This document shows, one piece after another, positions 50,517-61,823 of a stretch of DNA of 64,000 nucleotides (the first letter of the stretch is position 1; each line of letters opens with the position of its first letter). The translations under genes were made by a program, and so were the position numbers. Where the stretch lies: the NCBI GenBank assembly GCA_965217865.1, contig CBDCJO010000002.1, positions 352,001 through 416,000 of the forward strand, read 5' to 3'. Origin of the DNA: Candidatus Latescibacterota bacterium (lineage in GTDB: Bacteria; Latescibacterota; UBA2968; SICM01). The notes under the pieces were generated by a model. The model was given only the letters and a program-made list of their open reading frames with translations. It did no database searches and was not told the DNA's origin.

Positions 50517-53192
50517 ATGTCCAAAAAAACGAAACGAATAAAAATGACCGTCGAGAACACAGGCGGAGTTGACCGAAAAGCCTGGCCCATTACCCAGGGC
50601 GTCCCTTTTGCAGAGGGCGATCTTGAGCGTGGGGATCCCGTCCGGATCGTGGACGATTCGGGAAAGCCCCTGCCGACACAGTCCTCCTGCTTGGCCACCT
50701 GGGCGAAGGATTTGAAATACGTGAAATGGCTGCTCGTGGACTTCCAGGCCGACTTGATGGCGGACACGACCGGACATTTCTATCTGGAGGTTGGGCCCGA
50801 TGTCGAACCTACTGCACCGGAGCAGAGGGTCTCTATAGAACGTGAGGATGGACGGATGCGAGTCGACACCGGGGCCCTTCGGCTCGACTTCCGCCTGCCC
50901 ACGCGTCAAAACCAGCCTCCTGTTACTTCATTTCAGCGAGCCAGGGACTTTCTGGCCGGCTGCCAATTGAAGAAGGACGACGGATGGCACGACCTGTTTC
51001 GCGGGAATCCGGGTCCTTTTCTCTATCTGATAGACACCGAGGGTGAAATCTACGATTCCTTCGGCGGGGGGCCTACCCCCCGGGTGACCGCTGAGGACGA
51101 AGGACCGTTGCGGGTGTGTGTATGCGTGAAAGGGGTTCACGCCTCCGAGGGAGGCGTGCATCTCTGTCCGTATACCCTCCGTATACACCTCTACGCGGGC
51201 AAGTCCGATCTCCGGATGTTCCACACCTTCGTGTTCGATCAGGACCCGAATCAACTTCGGTTCTCTGAGGTCGGGATGCGGTTTCCCCTCGAACTCGGGG
51301 ATGGAACTCGGATGGGCTTTGGGGGCCAGGAGAAAGCACACTGGGCCTCCCGCTGGGAGGAAGCTGCTTTTCTCCAGGACTCGGACATATCCTATCAGGT
51401 CACGCGGGACCACGAGCCTTACGGGTCCGGCGAAAAGACCCGCGGATGGGCGACGTTGTGCGGAAGCGATGCGTCCGCTTTCGTCGCCGTTCGGGATCTC
51501 TGGCAGCAGTTTCCCAAGGGATATCGTCTGACCGAAGACGGACTGGACATCCAGTTCTGGCCCGCGGAATACGGAGAGCCCCTCTCCTGTGATACCCCGT
51601 GGAAAGAGCGTCCGGTATACTTCAACGGAACGTTCGGGGACCCCGTACTGACTTCGGAATCCCGGGACGAAGCCCGCTTCAAGGAACTTGTCGATAAGTC
51701 CCCGACCGCAGGGCTCAACCTGAAAAGCCTCACCGCCACCACCCTCGACGACGCACGTTGGATTGAGGAGATGGTCGACAAGCACGCCCCCGGCCGTCCT
51801 GCCTCCACCGCGGACACCGGGACGAACGACGGGACGGGGGCCGCCAAGACACACGAGTTCCTGATCCGTTTTTCACCAGATCCGATCGAAAACGAGGAGG
51901 CCGAAACCCTCGGCTTCTGCGTCCAGAAACCCCTTATCGCTCCCGCAGACCCGGCCTACACGTGCGCCACCCGGGCTGCCCGCGACCTGTTCGGGGGCCC
52001 GGATCCGCGCTTCACCGACCTGGACGCCCTGTTGGACGGCCTCCTGGAGCGACACGCCTTTGAACCCATCTACCGGAGCCGGCTGATGGGATTCTGGCGC
52101 TTCGGCAACATGCCGTGCTCCCACGGTGGCGGATGTGCCCGACTGACCTATGAGCTCCACTACGAGGAAGATCCGGTCCAATCCTTCCGCTTTTGTGACG
52201 CCTCCTACAACAATGAGGCCGACGACCCCTGCTGGGGGATCTGGACGCAATTTCTCCGGACTGGAAATCGTCGCCATTTTCTCCTGGCGAGCGGTCACAG
52301 CCGCGCAATGGGGGATGTGGGGATCTGCCACGCACACCCCACTCGGCCCGAAGCCGTGGGCTTGATGCATTATCACGGGGCCCACTGGTGGGTCGGCTCC
52401 TACAGCCCGTCGCACACCCTGAACACCTCACTATTTCTGCACTACTATCTCACCGGCGACCGGCGTATGCGGGAGATCGCCCTCGAAGCCGCTGACTGGG
52501 GGGTTCACAATCAGGAACCCGCCGGCATCATCACCTGCAGGCGCGGACGCCTGAACCGGGAATTCACCGGTCCGCTGAACTGCCTGATGGAGGCCTATGC
52601 GGCCACATGGGCGCCCAAATACGGAGATCTGGCGAGGCGAAGCCTGAACTGGCTTTTGCGCACTCAGGAGAAGGTGGGAACGTTCCCCATCAGCGTGTTT
52701 ACGCGCGGAGACCGGGGGGACGAGGCCGTGATCGAACCGACCGATCATCCTCTTTCGCACGGAGGCATCATGTATCCGATCTACTATGAAGGCCTCAGGC
52801 ACTTCGACAGCCCCCTCTTGAGGGAGACCATCATCGCCGAGGCCGATCACGTGATCTCCCGCGGAGGCGGCCGACATGTCACGACGGCGTGTGCCCTGGC
52901 CTACGAAATGACCGGGGATCCCATCTACGCGGCCTGTTGCAAGCACAAGGTCGAAAACTACACCGGGGATGCGAGGCGGATGGTGACCGAATTTTCAAAT
53001 TGGTCCGCGATCCGAAACGGCTACGTCTCCGTCCTGAAGGCAACGGTCGCCCGCGCGATGGACCGGGATCCCAAGGGAATGGCTGATGCGGAAAAACGGT
53101 TGATGGCGGCGTTCAAACCGCCCGAAACCGAACGATCCCGGGAAGATTTGGTAGAAAAGAGCCTGGGAATACCGGAGGGTTATGACGCGTGA
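50517..53192 (+). CDS. Large hypothetical protein, PcRGLX/YetA-like (exo-rhamnogalacturonan lyase-like)
   Basis: GGAGG RBS; PITQGVPF..GDL, VKWLLVDF, LWQQFPKG, G.AKTHE, YYLTGD.R. Confidence 0.6.
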   Translation: MSKKTKRIKMTVENTGGVDRKAWPITQGVPFAEGDLERGDPVRIVDDSGKPLPTQSSCLATWAKDLKYVKWLLVDFQADLMADTTGHFYLEVGPDVEPTAPEQRVSIEREDGRMRVDTGALRLDFRLPTRQNQPPVTSFQRARDFLAGCQLKKDDGWHDLFRGNPGPFLYLIDTEGEIYDSFGGGPTPRVTAEDEGPLRVCVCVKGVHASEGGVHLCPYTLRIHLYAGKSDLRMFHTFVFDQDPNQLRFSEVGMRFPLELGDGTRMGFGGQEKAHWASRWEEAAFLQDSDISYQVTRDHEPYGSGEKTRGWATLCGSDASAFVAVRDLWQQFPKGYRLTEDGLDIQFWPAEYGEPLSCDTPWKERPVYFNGTFGDPVLTSESRDEARFKELVDKSPTAGLNLKSLTATTLDDARWIEEMVDKHAPGRPASTADTGTNDGTGAAKTHEFLIRFSPDPIENEEAETLGFCVQKPLIAPADPAYTCATRAARDLFGGPDPRFTDLDALLDGLLERHAFEPIYRSRLMGFWRFGNMPCSHGGGCARLTYELHYEEDPVQSFRFCDASYNNEADDPCWGIWTQFLRTGNRRHFLLASGHSRAMGDVGICHAHPTRPEAVGLMHYHGAHWWVGSYSPSHTLNTSLFLHYYLTGDRRMREIALEAADWGVHNQEPAGIITCRRGRLNREFTGPLNCLMEAYAATWAPKYGDLARRSLNWLLRTQEKVGTFPISVFTRGDRGDEAVIEPTDHPLSHGGIMYPIYYEGLRHFDSPLLRETIIAEADHVISRGGGRHVTTACALAYEMTGDPIYAACCKHKVENYTGDARRMVTEFSNWSAIRNGYVSVLKATVARAMDRDPKGMADAEKRLMAAFKPPETERSREDLVEKSLGIPEGYDA

Positions 53193-53311
53193 ATCGCTGG
53201 GCGCGACGCGTTTTCTCTTCGTCTAATAGACAATTCAAACCAAATATTCACTACCGGACACTTTTTAAAGATACAATCAGATGAAGGGAATCCTATTCAT
53301 CATAGAGATAG

Positions 53312-53346
53312 AAAAAGGCCCCGGCAAATGATCCTCCGGGGCCTTT
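53312..53346 (-). terminator. Rho-independent terminator between convergent genes
   Basis: AAAAAGGCCCCGG...CCGGGGCCTTT. Confidence 0.75.
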
Positions 53347-53379
53347 AGAATAAGGGTTTGCTTTCTGTTATCGGAAGGC

Positions 53380-53570
53380 CTACTTCACCAGAATCATCTT
53401 CCGGACTGCCACCTCCGTTCCGGCTACCAGGCGATACAGGTACACACCGCTGGTCACTTGATACCCCGAGGCGTCACGGCCGTCCCAGCGCACCTGGTAT
53501 TGACCCGCAGCCTGCGAACCGTTCACCAGCACCCGCACCTGCTTGCCCAGCAGGTTGTAAATCACCCAGA
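53380..53570 (-). pseudogene. Orphan FlgD-Ig / C-terminal sorting domain fragment
   Basis: IYNLLGKQVRVLV..AG.Y.VRWDGRD..SGVYLYRL..RKMILVK. Confidence 0.7.
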
Positions 53571-53634
53571 GGTCGGGGGCCAGAGACCGGGGCCAGGTCC
53601 CTATCTCCGACCCCTGGCCTTTGCCCCTGTTTCC

Positions 53635-56600
53635 CTATTTGATAAACACCATCTTCCGCAGCGCCACGCTCGTTCCCGCCTCCAACCGATACACATAGAC
53701 TCCTGTCGACACCGAACGGCCTGACGCATCCCGGCCGTCCCAGCGGGTGTTGTACCTGCCTGCCGATTGGGGAGCGTTAATCAGAACGCGGACCTCCTGG
53801 CCCTGTAGGCTATAGATGACCAGCCGTACGTCAGCGGCCTCGGGGACCGCGTATTGGATGGTTGTCTCGGGGTTGAAGGGGTTGGGGAAGTTCTGATCCA
53901 GCTTGAAGGACAGGGGCTCGTTCGAATCCAGTGCGAAACGAACATCCGGAGATCCGCTCAACGGATCCAGACCGCCGCCAAACCTATTTCCTCCCCGCGT
54001 ACTGTTCTTGGCCAACTTCGCGTGTTTGCCCTTCCCCTTTTTGGGCACCGGAACATCCAGAATATCGGAGACGTTTCCGGAGGCGTCCGTGGCAAACGCA
54101 CGCAGGGTGAGACCCGGACCGGAGGCGGAAATCAGGTTTCCATTCGCGTCAAAGACAAACTTCCACGTCCCCCCGCCGCTGCCCCCGTCGTCGTCATCAT
54201 CGTCATTACCCCCACCCTTTACGACCAGCTTCACCTTCTGTCCATCGATAACCGCAAAGCCGCCTTTCAAGATCGCTGCATCAAGCAGATCTTCCAGGAA
54301 CTGTTGATCCGGTCCCTTGAGGGTTACCTTTGTCTTCTTTTTGCCGATCTTGATCTGGATCTCGTTCTTGACGGCTCCACCGCCGTCATCATCGTCATCG
54401 TCTCCACCGCCTTTATTCTTCTTGAATTTCAACTTGAACTGATCGGTTGGGCCAAGAGGCTGGACGATGCAAGCAGTTTCCACTGGATCCGGATCGCACA
54501 GGTCGGTCCCCAAAACGGACACCATAAAGAGGTTTCCGCTTCCGCCATCGTCGTCGTCATCATCCCCCGAACCTCCCACCCGCATGAGTGCGGCCTCGAT
54601 TTCAGGCGGTGTGGTGTCCTCAATCGTGACGTTCTGGGTCGCCGTTGAGGTGTTGCCGGTGGCGTCTTCCGCGGTCCAGGTCACCACCGTCGTGCCCAGG
54701 AAGAAGGTGCCGGGTGCGTCGTTGGTGACGGTGGGAGAAGGGTCACAGTTATCTATAGCCGTGGCAATACCGATGCTCACGGCCTGCCCACTCGGGCCGG
54801 TGCATTCCACAACGAGGTCCGCAGGCACAGTCACGGCCGGGCCTGTGATGTCCTCGACGACGATACTCTGTGTTTGTGTGGTGGTGTTGCCGTTGCCGTC
54901 GTCAAAGGTCCAGGTCACGACCGACGTCCCCTGAGTTGTGCGGGTCAAGGCGTCGGTTGTGGTCCCGGTGATTGTCCCGGCGCAGTTGTCGGTGGCCGTA
55001 GGGGCCGAGCTGATCGTGGCCGAGCACTCTCCTGTGGCATCCGGCAGAGGCACTGTAGCCGGAACCGGTGCAGTGACGTCATCTACGACGATGTTCTGCG
55101 TCTGTGTCGTGGTGTTGCCGTTGCCGTCGTCAAAGGTCCAAGTCACGACGGATGTGCCCTGAGTCGTGCGGGTCAAGGCGTCCGTTGTGGTCCCTGTGAT
55201 GGCCCCCGCGTAGTTGTCCGTCGATGTCGGCGACCCGCTGATCGTGGCTGAGCATTGACCTGTGACATCTGCCAGAGTCGCAACATCCGGAACCGGCGCT
55301 ATGGTGTCATCCACGACGATGTTCTGTGTCTGGGTCGAGGTGTTGCCGTTACCGTCGTCGTAGGTCCAGGTCACCAACGACGTCCCTTGAGTTGTGCGGG
55401 TCAACGCGTCCGTTGTGGTCCCTGTGATTGCTCCGGCGCAGATGTCCGTGGCCGTGGGCGGTCCGCTGATTGTGGCTGAGCATTCACCTGTGGCATCCGG
55501 CAGGGACGCCAGATCGGGAACCGGATCTGTGGTGTCAACGACGTTCACGAGCACCTGATCGGTATCCGTCGCGGTGCCGTCGCTCACCTCCAGATCGATC
55601 GTGTGGTTGCCGAGGGAGAGGCTCACAATCTCAATCGGGATAGAGGTGGTAGTGGTGGGCCCGGCAAGAACCGTTGTGCCCTCCCGCCAGGTGTAGGTAA
55701 GCGGGTCATTGTCCGGATCGAAGGACCCTGAGCCGTCAAGGGACACGGATGCGCCGGAAGGAGATGTGCACTCCACCGCATTGGGACCGGTTTGGTCCGG
55801 CCCGGCGTCGCGGCCACAGGCGGCTGGTTGGTTGGCGCCGGTCCATTGACGATGACATTGTCTATGACTGCGGCAAAGTAGCTATCGTCCTGGCCGGCAA
55901 AGGTGATTGTGCTCGTGGGGCCGGTCGCCACGAAGCAGAACGAACGCGTCTCATAGGGCACGCTTTGCCAGTGGCTTCCATCATTCTCGAATGTGAACTC
56001 CTGGGAGAAGTCACCGGCACTCACCAGAACCGTCTTCGTGATAGGGTTATAGAGTGAGGTTGGGAAGTAATTGCCCGACATGCTGAAAACCACCGTGTAG
56101 GTTTCTCCCACAACGGTAGAGAAGGACTGGCTGATTGTGGAAAGCCTATCCAACTCGACGTTCTTGTCCCCGTCTGCTGAACTCCAGCCTCCCAGGGGGG
56201 AATTGATCCAATTCACACCCTCGGCGGGGTAGGGCCCATCGACTGTCCAGGCTGTCATGTGGGTCTCGCCAGGGTGAACCCACTGCCACCATCCAGCTTC
56301 AGCGCCATCGTAGGCGCCACCTTCAAAGCTGCCATTGGTGAGCCGGTTCGGGCCGCTCAGCGACGGCGGAGACAAGACGAGGTTACTGAAGGTCGTTCCG
56401 ACGATACTGTTTCCGAAGAAGATGTGGCTGTTGCTCCCGTCGAGGGTCCCGAGGGCGAGATCGCTCACGTGCCAGGTCTTACTGCCCCCCCCGACGATGG
56501 AGAGCGTCACGTCATCGCCGCACTTCTCGATGCGGAACGTCGTTCCCGCCGGAGTGTACGTCCCGATATCAGCGAGGTTGTGTGGCCCCCAACTCGGGGT

Positions 56601-57041
56601 CGCGGTGCCAGAGTGGTAAGCCGCCTGGACGACGTGGGTGGCCCCGGAGTGAATCCTGAAATAGATCGAGTTCGTCGGCTCGTCGAAGTAACCCGGGTTG
56701 GCCACTCCCTGTCCGAAGCCGATGTAGATGAGATCGTTCCCGCCGACGCTCGTTTTCACGGTCAGCTCGGCGACGAAGGCGGTGTTCAGAAACCCGCCCG
56801 ACAACGTCTTGACCATGGGCCGGTCGATGGGAAAGGATCCATGTCCATTGGTCATGTCCGACGTGGTCCGGGCAAGGCCGGGGGAAAGTCCGAGAGGTTG
56901 GTAGGTGTAGTCCCCATCAATGGTCCCCAAGTGGGGGCTGCTGGGGCCGGTCAGCGGGTCGGTGAAGTACGTATCGTCGGCAATCGCCGGAGCTGTCGCA
57001 GTAAGGAGCAGACCGAGAACAACGGCAAATTTCAGTTTCAT
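53635..57041 (-). CDS. Large secreted surface protein (DUF642-like, PKD, three 80-aa HYR-like repeats, FlgD/CTD), frameshifted near 55810
   Basis: Signal peptide MKLKFAVVLG..; NGSFE; NQPPVA|DAGPDQ spans the frameshift; 240-bp tandem repeats; QNFPNPFNPETT..RKMVFIK. Confidence 0.8.
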
Positions 57042-57384
57042 CTATGTATTCTCCCTTCTTGGGTGTTGGAGAGGAGCAGACTTACAAGTCTTGAACCACT
57101 GGATGGTGCTGCTCTGTTGGCACGTTCGCATAGGCTACAGAGAAAAAGCCAAACCGTGAAGCTCGATAGAAACGGGTGGATACCATATATTGTGTTCAAG
57201 CAGCCGCTTCCCGATGGGCTGCCGCGTCTGCAGGCCTTCACAACGATGGGGGTTCAGTAATCTTCATCCACTCCCTCCACTTATTCTGAACTTTCATTGG
57301 CCTCTTCCCGACGTGAATACACAAAAACGAAGAATCAGCTGGCACAATGCCGTCCGATGCAGGCTCTGAACTCAGACGGAGCAA

Positions 57385-57498
57385 ACAAAAAAGGCTCAAG
57401 ATCTTGCTGAGGAATCCTGAAATAGCAATTCATCAACAGACCGTTGAGCCCTGACCTTCAACGGTGCCAAATATCCAGCATCTCCCCCGATAGAGATG
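57385..57498 (-). promoter_or_regulatory. Attenuator-like leader (terminator with overlapping alternative hairpin)
   Basis: GGCTCAA..TTGAGCC-TTTTTT terminator; ACCGTTGA/TCAACGGT competing stem. Confidence 0.5.
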
Positions 57499-57676
57499 TC
57501 TCAATTTATCGCATCAATTATACAACCATTTTCGCCACTTTGTCAAGCAAAATTTTCGATGCGGAAAATACCAACACCAGGACGAGAAATGTAGCAGGCT
57601 GATAATCTGGACAGTTTCTGGTGACGTGCGCTCATAGTATACTCTATATCCACGTAATATAAAGAAGGAGGATACA

Positions 57677-57735
57677 ATGAGCGACAACCACCGCCAATTC
57701 CGGAGCATTCGCAAAGCTCTCAACCAGTTTTGCAG
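57677..57735 (+). mobile_element. Possible IS4-like transposase N-terminal remnant
   Basis: Strong AGGAGG RBS + MSDNHRQFRSIRKALNQF, then non-coding heptamer repeats. Confidence 0.3.
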
Positions 57736-57896
57736 ACGCCGAGGCCGGTGTCCCTGCCGTCTAATTTTGCACTTTCCATTTTGCATTTTGTCACCTTCCA
57801 TTTTCTTTTTGCCCTTGACATTTCCTTTCAAAATGCATTACCCTACTGACCGATATCCCGCTAGAATGCAGTCAGGTTATGGGGTTAAAGCCCAGG

Positions 57897-58715
57897 ATGA
57901 GCGAAAAAAGACTAAAGGGTCAGGTCGCCTGGATCACAGGCACGGCTTCCGGGATCGGACAGGGAATAGCCGAGCTGTTCGGGGAGGAGGGCGCCAAATG
58001 CGCGCTAATCGACCAGAATGCCGATGGGGGCGCTAAGGTCGCCGAGGATATCGAACGAAAGGGCGGAGAGACCTTTTTTCAACCGTGCGACGTCGCGGAT
58101 GAGGCGCAGGTTCGGGACACGATCGAGGCCGCAGTAGATAGGTTCGGAGGGCTGCAGATCCTCGTCAACTGCGCTGGGATCGGCCATTACAAACTTCTGC
58201 ACGAATACGGCGAGGACGAGTGGGACCGATTGATGGACGTCAATGTCAAGTCGATCTTTTTGTCTGTGAAGCACGGCGTCCCCCACCTTCTAAAGAACAA
58301 GCGGAGCTACGTCGTCAACATCGGCTCCGTAGGCAGTTTTACCGGCCAGTATCACACGCCGTCCTACATCACGTCGAAGGGGGCCGTCCTCCAGCTCACG
58401 AGGTCGATCGCGCTGGACTATGCTGCTCGTGGATTGCGTTCCAACTGCGTATGCCCAGGAATCACCGAGACGCCTTCCTTCAGACATCATCTCACGACCA
58501 CGCCTGACCCTCGGGCCACACGAGCCAAGCGGCTAAGCCGCGTGCCAATGGGCGTCGCTATGCAGCCCAGGGACATCGCAAAAGCGGTGCGATATCTTTC
58601 CTGCGAGGATTCCTCAGGGGTCACCGGGACGTCCCTGATCGTGGACGGCGGGTATATCGCCACCGCTGAATGGGAGACCGAGGGAAAAACGGCATTCGCG
58701 GATTCGCCCGATTGA
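57897..58715 (+). CDS. SDR family oxidoreductase
   Basis: TGTASGIG, VNCAG, YITSKG, CPG..T, VDGG. Confidence 0.92.
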   Translation: MSEKRLKGQVAWITGTASGIGQGIAELFGEEGAKCALIDQNADGGAKVAEDIERKGGETFFQPCDVADEAQVRDTIEAAVDRFGGLQILVNCAGIGHYKLLHEYGEDEWDRLMDVNVKSIFLSVKHGVPHLLKNKRSYVVNIGSVGSFTGQYHTPSYITSKGAVLQLTRSIALDYAARGLRSNCVCPGITETPSFRHHLTTTPDPRATRAKRLSRVPMGVAMQPRDIAKAVRYLSCEDSSGVTGTSLIVDGGYIATAEWETEGKTAFADSPD

Positions 58716-58754
58716 GGTTTTTCCCTTTACCCGGCTGGAAGGAACTCTTGAATT

Positions 58755-59570
58755 ATGAAAACAGCGGCCATTGCAACCTTTCGCCAACACCTGAAGGATG
58801 ATCAGCCCGTTTACGGCATGTGGGTCACCCTGGAATCCGCAAGCATTACCGAGATGGGCGTGGCAGCCGGGTTGGACTGGGTGGTGATCGATGCGGAACA
58901 CGGTCACCTGGACTGGGGGGACATCGTCGACCACGTTCGAGCGGCCGTGCGAAGCGATACGGTCGTCCTGGTGCGCATTGCCGAGCTCGGACGAGGCCTG
59001 ATCAAGCGTGTTTTGGATATCGGTGCAGACGGGGTGATCGTGCCGTGGATCGAGACCGTCGATCAGTTGGAACGCGCGGTGGCTTATGCGACCTATCCTC
59101 CGAAGGGGCAACGTGGTATCGGAGGAGAACGCGCGACTGGTTGGGGCGGTTGCCTTGTGGAGCACGTTGGAGAGGCCGACGAGCACGTGCTCGTGGTGCC
59201 GATGATAGAATCAATCGAGGCCGGGAAGAACATCGAGGGGCTTTGCGAGGTTTCAGGCGTCGATGTCTTCTTTTTGGGGCCTAACGACTATTCTTCCACG
59301 GCCGGCTTCGCCGGGCAGTGGGAGGGACCCGGGGTGGCTGAAGAATTGGTGGCCATAAAGGATACCGTCCGGCGCCACGGCAAACAATGCGGGGTGGTTA
59401 CCACCGGTCATGACGATCTGGTCAAACGGCGTGAACAGGGATTCGGGATGCTGGGCCTGGGCTCGGACGCCGGGCTTCTGCTCCGGAGCCTTACGAATTC
59501 CTTGACCCCGATAGGCCGGAGTTTTCAAATACAAACCAGCTTCACACCGAACAATCGGGAAGGACAATAA
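58755..59570 (+). CDS. HpcH/HpaI aldolase
   Basis: DWVVIDAEHG, VLDIGADG, YPPKGQRG, MIES, LGPND. Confidence 0.92.
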   Translation: MKTAAIATFRQHLKDDQPVYGMWVTLESASITEMGVAAGLDWVVIDAEHGHLDWGDIVDHVRAAVRSDTVVLVRIAELGRGLIKRVLDIGADGVIVPWIETVDQLERAVAYATYPPKGQRGIGGERATGWGGCLVEHVGEADEHVLVVPMIESIEAGKNIEGLCEVSGVDVFFLGPNDYSSTAGFAGQWEGPGVAEELVAIKDTVRRHGKQCGVVTTGHDDLVKRREQGFGMLGLGSDAGLLLRSLTNSLTPIGRSFQIQTSFTPNNREGQ

Positions 59571-60087
59571 AAGCCACTGTACGGTTATGACAGCTATTAA
59601 TGAAGCATCGTCCATACGATCCGGAATTGTTTGCAAGGTAGTTGCTAAAGTCAAACTGTACTTTCAGTACATAAATCATATTATCGGTTTTTGGGCGCGA
59701 CGCTGTCCCTCCTTATTAACCTTCCACCCAAAGCACGGTAAAGCCACGAGCCCTCTCGGGACCACACAAAATCCTGATTGCCATCTTACACTTCGGCTTC
59801 GGCGCGCCCAGCCTCCGCGGCGTTTGAGCGGCATCCTTCTTTTTCTGCCCTTTTTCTTAAGGGCAGGGGGTTGCGAGCAAGAGAGCAACCGGTGGGGTGG
59901 TAGGAAGAAAAAGTGCGAACTTAGGTGTTAACTAAGAAAAAGGCGAACTTGGGGGAGGGGTTGGGAGCAAACGAAATGACTCTCGACTAATATCCGGACA
60001 TCCTTCACAGGCAAGCGGTGTAAAATGCAAAGCCAATTCTTTACACGTCAATAGTGTCAGAACCGACCTTTAATCAGGAGAAGAAAG

Positions 60088-60990
60088 ATGGAAACGCAAG
60101 GCCTTACGGACGCGCAAATTGAACATTACCGGAAAGAGGGATATCTTGTCGTTCCCGAATTCTTCGGTCCGGAGGCCCTCCAACGGGTTGACGATACCAT
60201 TCGGGAAATCACGGAACAGGCCCTCCAGAGCGATGACTACAGTTCGATTCTCGAGCTAGAACCGGAACCGGTCGACGGGAAGATCATCCCCCGCCGGATC
60301 TACAACCCGTTCGACCAGCACGAGACTTTCCAAGAGATCGCTTCGGACGGCCAACTGCTGGACTGCATGGAGTCCCTGATCGGTCCAAATATTAACCTTC
60401 AACACAGCAAGCTCAACATGAAGCCCCCCCAGGTGGGGTCCGTGGTCGAGTGGCACCAGGATCTGGCTTACATGCCCCATACCAACGACGATCTCGTGAC
60501 GCTCCTGATCTACCTCGATGAGGCGACGGAGGAAAACGGATGTCTTCGCGTCCTTCCCCGCAACCATTCGCATTACTTCGATCACCACACGTCCGACGGC
60601 ATTTTCGCGGGAATGGTCACTGAGGATCTGGACAGCGGGCGATTCGGAAAGCCCATGTCCCTTCCCGCACCTGCCGGGAGTGCCATCTTCATGCACTGCA
60701 TCATGCCGCACAGCTCCTTCCCGAACCGTTCCCCCCATCCGCGCCGCACCCTGATATTCGAATATCGGGCAACGGATTCTTTCCTGATCAATATCGGTGG
60801 GAACAATAAGATTCCGCTGGAGCTATACCGCCTGTTGCGGGGAAAACCGTCACGCTTCGCCCGTTTTGGTGGACCCAGGCCCTATATGCCGAAATATCCG
60901 GAAGACGGGTTTTCGTCCCTGTATACCCTCCAGCAGGAGGCCAAGACCAAGATGGCTAAGCCTGATGCCACCGCAATATCCCCGAATTGA
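60088..60990 (+). CDS. Phytanoyl-CoA dioxygenase (PhyH) family
   Basis: WHQD, LDEATEENGCL, PH.S.PNRS..RR. Confidence 0.9.
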   Translation: METQGLTDAQIEHYRKEGYLVVPEFFGPEALQRVDDTIREITEQALQSDDYSSILELEPEPVDGKIIPRRIYNPFDQHETFQEIASDGQLLDCMESLIGPNINLQHSKLNMKPPQVGSVVEWHQDLAYMPHTNDDLVTLLIYLDEATEENGCLRVLPRNHSHYFDHHTSDGIFAGMVTEDLDSGRFGKPMSLPAPAGSAIFMHCIMPHSSFPNRSPHPRRTLIFEYRATDSFLINIGGNNKIPLELYRLLRGKPSRFARFGGPRPYMPKYPEDGFSSLYTLQQEAKTKMAKPDATAISPN

Positions 60991-61002
60991 TGAGGCGGGA
61001 TC

Positions 61003-61794
61003 ATGGCCGACGGCTACCTGACAGCCGCAAAGGGAATCCGAATTCTCCCCGGGCAATGGCGGCCTCACCATCCATTCGAGCATATCGCGTGGGTGAGCCC
61101 GGCGTGGCCGTGTCAGGACTACCTCTGGCTGGACTTCCCGGAAGCCATCTGGTCCGAACGGGAACTCCTTTTTCTGAGTCATTTCAACCCCAAATGTCCC
61201 GCCTCGTTCGGCGATGAAAAGAAAGCCCCGTGGCGATCCGTTCCCGGGGGAATCGCCTATGAGCGTGTCTTTCCAAACGGCCTGAAGTGTGCAGGCAGTG
61301 TGATACACGTCAAAGGGGACCACGTCGACCTGCGTCTTGATCTTGAGAATCGAGGAGACATCACAATCAAGAACATCAAGCTGCAGACCTGCCTTTACCT
61401 GAGGCCGGTACGTGAACTTTCCGATTTCACGAGTTGCAACAAGCTGGTTCACGTTCCCGGTGGTGGATGGGTGCCCATGGATCGAGCCCTGGAAGCCAGC
61501 AGCAAAAGGGGAACCTACTTCCTGGGCTGGCCCACCTTCCTGGATCAGAGCGGACCTGCACCCGCAGATCTGCCGATGGTCGTCTGCCGATCCAATCAGA
61601 CCTCCCGCCTGGTGTCCCTCACGTGGTTTGAAAATACCTTTTCCCTTCAGAACAACCCAAACCACCCCTGTATGCACGCAGACCCGGCAGTGGGCGATCT
61701 GGATCCGGGAGAAAAGGCTTCGATAAACGGAAAGATCATTTTTTTCGAAGGGACGATCGAGGAATTCGATGACGCGCGTCGGTGGGAATCGTAA
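61003..61794 (+). CDS. Hypothetical protein
   Basis: RBS, operon position; LWLDFPE, HPCMHADP. Confidence 0.7.
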   Translation: MADGYLTAAKGIRILPGQWRPHHPFEHIAWVSPAWPCQDYLWLDFPEAIWSERELLFLSHFNPKCPASFGDEKKAPWRSVPGGIAYERVFPNGLKCAGSVIHVKGDHVDLRLDLENRGDITIKNIKLQTCLYLRPVRELSDFTSCNKLVHVPGGGWVPMDRALEASSKRGTYFLGWPTFLDQSGPAPADLPMVVCRSNQTSRLVSLTWFENTFSLQNNPNHPCMHADPAVGDLDPGEKASINGKIIFFEGTIEEFDDARRWES

Positions 61795-61823
61795 CGCTAA
61801 AATCAGGATCTGAAGAAAGAAAC

